A stretch of DNA of 63,966 nt, filler included, from a bacterium (lineage in GTDB: Bacteria; JBBIVP01): NCBI GenBank assembly GCA_037439705.1. It is 5 parts of 5 records of this genome, joined end to end, with 100 filler letters (N's around TTAATTAATTAA, not from the genome) between each part and the next. Parts side by side here need not be neighbours in the genome. Positions count along the whole stretch, not along the records: positions 51,388 to 63,966 come from JBBIVP010000045.1; 4 more parts are not named here. One strand, given 5' to 3'. The notes below the pieces were generated by a model, which saw only the letters and a list, made by a program, of their open reading frames with translations, was not told the DNA's origin and made no database searches. Of this stretch, positions 59,550 through 63,966 are shown piece by piece (the stretch's first letter is position 1; each line of letters opens with the position of its first letter). The position numbers and the translations under genes are program-made.

Positions 59550-60036
59550 TTTTCCTCTTCAGAATGTAGTTTATAAGTCCTTCCGAAGAGATTTCCAGCA
59601 GGAATTTTTCAAGGGGCGGAAAGGAAAATTCTGAGTTTTTTGTTAGGTTTTTTATTCTTCCCTCTTCAAAATTCACTTCCAGGAGGTCTCCTTCTTCTGA
59701 ACCATCCACTGCTTGTGGAGATATTATGAGTGGAAGTCCTATGTTGAAAGAGTTCCGGTAAAAAATTCTTGCAAAGGATTTTGCTATGACACAGGAAATT
59801 CCGCTTGCCTTTATGGCGAGTGGAGCGTGTTCCCTTGATGAGCCACAGCCGAAATTTTTTCCCCCAAGAAGTATGTCTCCCGCATTCACCATTTTTGAAA
59901 AATTCTTTCTTATTGGTTCAAAAAGTCCTTCTTTAAGTTTTGATGGGTCAGTAATGTTCAGATATGGTGCCGGGATAATAACATCCGTATCTATGTGGTC
60001 TCCAACCTTCCATGCCTTTCCGGTTATTTTTATCAT
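59539..60036 (-). CDS. leuD: 3-isopropylmalate dehydratase small subunit
   Basis: [19 protein letters not shown] and FARIFYRN. Confidence 0.96.
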   Translation of the reverse strand: MIKITGKAWKVGDHIDTDVIIPAPYLNITDPSKLKEGLFEPIRKNFSKMVNAGDILLGGKNFGCGSSREHAPLAIKASGISCVIAKSFARIFYRNSFNIGLPLIISPQAVDGSEEGDLLEVNFEEGRIKNLTKNSEFSFPPLEKFLLEISSEGLINYILKRKNEI

Positions 60037-61295
60037 TATTTCACCTCGTCGGGATGTGCTATTCTTCCGAGGACTGCCGATGCGGCAGCGACAGCAGGGT
60101 TTGCCAGATAAACCTCACTTTCAGGATGTCCCATTCTTCCTATGAAATTTCTGTTTGTGGTTGAAACAGCCTTTTCGCCGGAAGCAAGGACTCCCATATG
60201 TCCGCCAAGACAGGGACCGCATGTAGGAGGACTTATTATTGCTCCTGCTGATGCAAATATTTCAAGAATTCCATCTTTTAATGCCTGCAGATATATTTTG
60301 TAGGTTGCTGGTGCTACTATAAGTCTCATGTTGTCATTCACCTTTTTTCCCTTTATAACTTCTGCGGCTATTCTGAGGTCCTCATACCATCCGTTTGTGC
60401 ATGAGCCAATAAAAACCTGGTCTATTTCAATTTTTGAAATCTCAAATATGCTTACCGAGTTCAACGGAGAATGTGGAAGAGCAACCTGTGGAGTAAGTTT
60501 AGAAATATCGTATGTTCTTACTTCAGCATATTTTGCATCAGAATCGCTATAATAGAATTTCCAGGTTCTTTTCGCCCTTTCCTTGACATACGCCTCTGTT
60601 ATCTTATCGGGTTGAATTATTCCATTCTTTTCTCCACCTTCAACAGCCATATTGCAAATAGTAAACCTCTGAGGCATATCAAGGTAGGAAATAGTTTCTC
60701 CTGAAAATTCAAGCGACCTGTAAATTCCAGATTCCTCACCGAGGTCTTTTAGGGTCATCAGAATTATATCCTTTCCGTACACCCATTTCTGAGGTTTACC
60801 CCTGTATTCAATTTTTATTGTTTCCGGGACTCTCAACCATACCTTTCCACTTATAATTGCTCCTGCCAGATCTGTGCTTCCCACACCTGTTGAAAATGCC
60901 CCAAGAGCTCCATAAGTGCAGGTATGGCTGTCCGCTCCAATGATAAGGTTCCCGGGAACAACCAGTCCTTCTTCCGGGAGCAAACAGTGTTCAACCCCGC
61001 AGGTTCCACCTTCGTAAAGTTTTATTCCATATTTTCTGGAAAATTCCCTCAAGAGTTTCACATTTTCTGCTGATCTTACATCCTTGTTGGGAGTGAAATG
61101 GTCTGCTACGAGCGTCAATTTTTTTATTCCTTTAAATTCTACATCTTTTAGTTCCTTAAGGATATTTATTGATAGAGGAAAGGTGATATCATTTGCAAGC
61201 ATAAAATCTACATCTGCAAATATGTGTTCTCCTTGACTGACTCCTTCTTTTCCAATATGACTTCCGAGAATTTTTTCTGTTATCGTCCATCCCAT
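60036..61295 (-). CDS. leuC: 3-isopropylmalate dehydratase large subunit
   Basis: DSHTCT, IGSCTNG, CGPCLG and NRNFIGRMG. Confidence 0.96.
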   Translation of the reverse strand: MGWTITEKILGSHIGKEGVSQGEHIFADVDFMLANDITFPLSINILKELKDVEFKGIKKLTLVADHFTPNKDVRSAENVKLLREFSRKYGIKLYEGGTCGVEHCLLPEEGLVVPGNLIIGADSHTCTYGALGAFSTGVGSTDLAGAIISGKVWLRVPETIKIEYRGKPQKWVYGKDIILMTLKDLGEESGIYRSLEFSGETISYLDMPQRFTICNMAVEGGEKNGIIQPDKITEAYVKERAKRTWKFYYSDSDAKYAEVRTYDISKLTPQVALPHSPLNSVSIFEISKIEIDQVFIGSCTNGWYEDLRIAAEVIKGKKVNDNMRLIVAPATYKIYLQALKDGILEIFASAGAIISPPTCGPCLGGHMGVLASGEKAVSTTNRNFIGRMGHPESEVYLANPAVAAASAVLGRIAHPDEVK

Positions 61296-61296
61296 T

Positions 61297-62835
61297 TTAA
61301 AGTTCCGCTTTAACTTTTTTAGTGAGATTTTTTCTCAACTCAAGTCTGTTCAGAGCATTTACAAAAGCCTTTGCGCTTGCCACAACTACATCGGTATGAG
61401 CGCCTCTACCAACTGCAAAATTTCCTTCCTCTTCAATGTGAACTGTTACTTCTCCCTGAGCGTCTGTTCCGCCTGTAATGGCACTTATTACAAACTTTGA
61501 AAGTTTGCATTTTGTCTGAGTAATTTTTTGAATTGCCCTGTAAACTGCGTCCACAGGACCATTTCCCCAGCCTATTTCTTTTACTATTTTTCCGTCAATC
61601 TCCATTACAACTGTGGCGCTAGGTATCATTTCCATTCCGCTTGCAAAATTAACGGATATAAGTCTGTATTTTTCAGGACCTTTGTAGATTTCCTCAGCAA
61701 CTATTGCTTCAAGGTCTTCATCATATATCTCCTTCTTTTTGTCAGCAAGAACCTTCACTTTTTTGAATATGTTGTTTATTTCGTCGTCAGCAAGCTCATA
61801 GCCTAAGCTTTTCAACCTTTCTTTAAGTGCGTGTCTTCCGGAATGTTTTCCAAGGACAAGTATATTGGAAGGGAGTCCTATATCCTCGGGTTTCATTATC
61901 TCGTAAGTAGTTTTTTCTTTAAGAACTCCATCCTGATGAATTCCTGCTTCATGGGCAAATGCGTTTCTCCCCACAATTGCCTTATTTGGCTGGACGCTTA
62001 TGCCGGTTATAAGGGAAAGCGCTTTGCTCGTTGGATATATCTGGGTTGTCACCACATCTGTATAAAAGTCAAAAACATCCCTTCTCGTTTTCAATCCCAT
62101 AACTATCTCCTCAAGTGATGCATTGCCAGCCCTTTCGCCTATTCCATTTATTGTGCATTCTACCTGTCTTGCACCGGCTTTTATTGCGGATAGACTATTT
62201 GCTACTGCGAGACCGAGGTCATTATGACAGTGGACGCTTATTATTACATCCTTAACTTCCCTCACCTTTTCTTTTATGTAGGAAACAAGAGAATAAAACT
62301 CATCGGGAGTTGTGTAGCCTACAGTGTCTGGAATGTTTATAACCCTTGCTCCAGCCTTGATGACTTCCGTGAAAACCTTCGCCAGAAATTCTCTATCGCT
62401 TCTTGTGGCATCCTCTGCTGAAAATTCAATGTTATCCGTAAACCTCTTCGCATACTCAACAGCCTTTACCGCTTTTTCCAGAACCTCCTCCGGAGAGAGT
62501 CTGAGTTTATACTTCATATGAATTGGGGATGTGGCAATAAATATGTGGATTCTTCCTTTTGGTGACCATTTAAGTGCCTCCCATGCTCTTTCAATGTCCT
62601 CTTTATTTGTTCGAGCGAGTCCGGCGATTTCAGGACCCTTTATGATTTTTGCAATTTCTGAGACCGCTTCAAAATCTCCTTCTGAAGATATAGGAAATCC
62701 AGCTTCAATAACATCCACATTCAATTTTTCAAGTTGAAGAGCCATTTTGATTTTTTCCTCAACGCTCATACTGAAACCGGGAGCCTGCTCCCCGTCTCTA
62801 AGAGTTGTATCAAATATGTAAATTTTCTCCGGCAT
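61297..62835 (-). CDS. leuA: 2-isopropylmalate synthase
   Basis: FDTTLRDGEQ, HCHNDLG, GERAGN and HQDG. Start set at MPEK. Confidence 0.97.
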   Translation of the reverse strand: MPEKIYIFDTTLRDGEQAPGFSMSVEEKIKMALQLEKLNVDVIEAGFPISSEGDFEAVSEIAKIIKGPEIAGLARTNKEDIERAWEALKWSPKGRIHIFIATSPIHMKYKLRLSPEEVLEKAVKAVEYAKRFTDNIEFSAEDATRSDREFLAKVFTEVIKAGARVINIPDTVGYTTPDEFYSLVSYIKEKVREVKDVIISVHCHNDLGLAVANSLSAIKAGARQVECTINGIGERAGNASLEEIVMGLKTRRDVFDFYTDVVTTQIYPTSKALSLITGISVQPNKAIVGRNAFAHEAGIHQDGVLKEKTTYEIMKPEDIGLPSNILVLGKHSGRHALKERLKSLGYELADDEINNIFKKVKVLADKKKEIYDEDLEAIVAEEIYKGPEKYRLISVNFASGMEMIPSATVVMEIDGKIVKEIGWGNGPVDAVYRAIQKITQTKCKLSKFVISAITGGTDAQGEVTVHIEEEGNFAVGRGAHTDVVVASAKAFVNALNRLELRKNLTKKVKAEL

Positions 62836-63595
62836 TTTCTTGCACCTCCTCAACAACCTTTTTCTTTCTCAATCCATTATACAGGTTTTCAACGAGGTTC
62901 CATATTATGTAGAGGTTAATAACGGAAAAGATAAAGATGATTGGTTCAAGGACGAAGAGCATAAGTCCCAATACAAAAAGAAGAAATTCTTTGATGTTTA
63001 CCCTTGAAAAAATTTCAATCTCCTTGAAAGCTCTGAATCTGAGCTGGCTTATCATTAACATGGAATTTAAAAATGTGAGGATGGCAAAAAATATAAGTTC
63101 CCATTCATAGGGGTAATTTCTTGTTTTCTGAAATATAAGTGCAGTTGAAATAATACTTCCAGCGGATGCAGGCGAAGGAAGACCCATAAAACTTTTCTTC
63201 TCAACGGATGAGGACTGGAGGTTGAATCTCGCAAGCCTCATCGCTGTGCATACAGCGTATATAAAAGGTAGAACTACTCCCCATTTTCCCAGGGATTTGA
63301 AGAAGAAGATGTAGAGGAAAACAGCAGGAGCCACTCCGAAAGAGATAAGGTCACTCAATGAATCATATTCTCCGCCGAAACTGGTTACCGTTCTTGTCAT
63401 GCGTGCAATCCTTCCATCAAGGGAATCAAAAATTATTGTAAGAAAAACATAAATCCCCGCTCTGTGCATATTTCCGTTTAAAGAGCTGATAACGGAAAGA
63501 AAACCGAAGAACATAGCAGCAGTGGTTATTATGTTCGGAAGAACCGTTATCTTTCCAAGTTCTTTTCTTTTAAATATCCCCCTTTTAGACCTCAC
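62810..63595 (-). CDS. pssA: CDP-diacylglycerol--serine O-phosphatidyltransferase
   Basis: PNIIT, DSLDGRIAR...GGEYDSLSD, RLARFN and FMGLPSP. Confidence 0.93.
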   Translation of the reverse strand: MRSKRGIFKRKELGKITVLPNIITTAAMFFGFLSVISSLNGNMHRAGIYVFLTIIFDSLDGRIARMTRTVTSFGGEYDSLSDLISFGVAPAVFLYIFFFKSLGKWGVVLPFIYAVCTAMRLARFNLQSSSVEKKSFMGLPSPASAGSIISTALIFQKTRNYPYEWELIFFAILTFLNSMLMISQLRFRAFKEIEIFSRVNIKEFLLFVLGLMLFVLEPIIFIFSVINLYIIWNLVENLYNGLRKKKVVEEVQENAGENLHI

Positions 63596-63966
63596 CTTAT
63601 TCTCCCTATTATTTTTTCACCACCCTTTACTCTATCCCCTTTTTCTACTTCTATCAAAAAGTTTCCTGGAAAATAAAGTTCAATCCTTGACCCAAACATT
63701 ATGAGTCCGAATTTTTCTCCCTTTCTCACTTTCTCTCCCTCTTTTATTCTGCACACAATTCTGCGCGCAAGAACTCCCGCTACCTGGACAATTCTGTAAA
63801 TCCATCCTTCAGGAGTTTCAATATCAATTATATTCTGTTCGTTTTCAAACGATAAAGGACTGTTTGCGGGATTGAATCTTCCTTTTCTGTAGGTTATTTT
63901 TTTTATCTCCCCATCGTACGGAATCCTGTTTATGTGAACATTAAAAAGGGACATGAATATGCTTAT
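63592..63966 (-). CDS. psd: Phosphatidylserine decarboxylase, C-terminal part
   Basis: FMSLFNVHINR, QVAGVLARRI and the FGS cleavage motif; lies upstream of pssA. Confidence 0.93.
   Translation of the reverse strand: MSIFMSLFNVHINRIPYDGEIKKITYRKGRFNPANSPLSFENEQNIIDIETPEGWIYRIVQVAGVLARRIVCRIKEGEKVRKGEKFGLIMFGSRIELYFPGNFLIEVEKGDRVKGGEKIIGRIR

Noticed and set aside
62810-63966. psd-pssA as part of the same lipid locus as the Tam41-like pair
   Set aside because: They are on different contigs, and psd-pssA-leuA is a common arrangement in Deltaproteobacteria-like genomes.

Overview
This is an AT-rich bacterial sequence with a Deltaproteobacteria/Myxococcota-like gene repertoire, probably from a metagenome-assembled genome. 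It is not one locus. Five contigs (about 12.9, 12.8, 12.7, 12.6 and 12.6 kb, in descending length) are joined by identical artificial N44-TTAATTAATTAA-N44 linkers, so synteny cannot be read across 12928-13027, 25799-25898, 38569-38668 or 51288-51387. Most of the content is housekeeping or envelope genes: recN, dnaG-rpoD, rho, an rpoH-like sigma factor, iscS/iscU, speD/speE, leuA-C-D-B, psd/pssA, trpA and three tRNAs. Five things stand out. (1) A collapsed type I-B-like CRISPR adaptation module: cas4, then cas1 cut off at 78 aa and fused to a repeat tail, one 37-nt spacer and one repeat. (2) Directly behind it, a 4.6-kb islet of three orphan genes plus a MoxR-like AAA+ ATPase and a HExxH metallopeptidase-vWA protein. 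(3) A diacylglycerol kinase-family gene coupled to a Tam41-like (mitochondrial-type CDP-DAG synthase) gene. (4) A CinA gene fused to a NadD/Pof1-like adenylyltransferase. (5) A 2 thiolase-fold + 2 DUF35 cluster with non-canonical active sites. Several apparent pseudogenes are best explained by G>T/C>A base-call errors or scaffold gaps. All family assignments come from motif recognition by eye; no database search was run.
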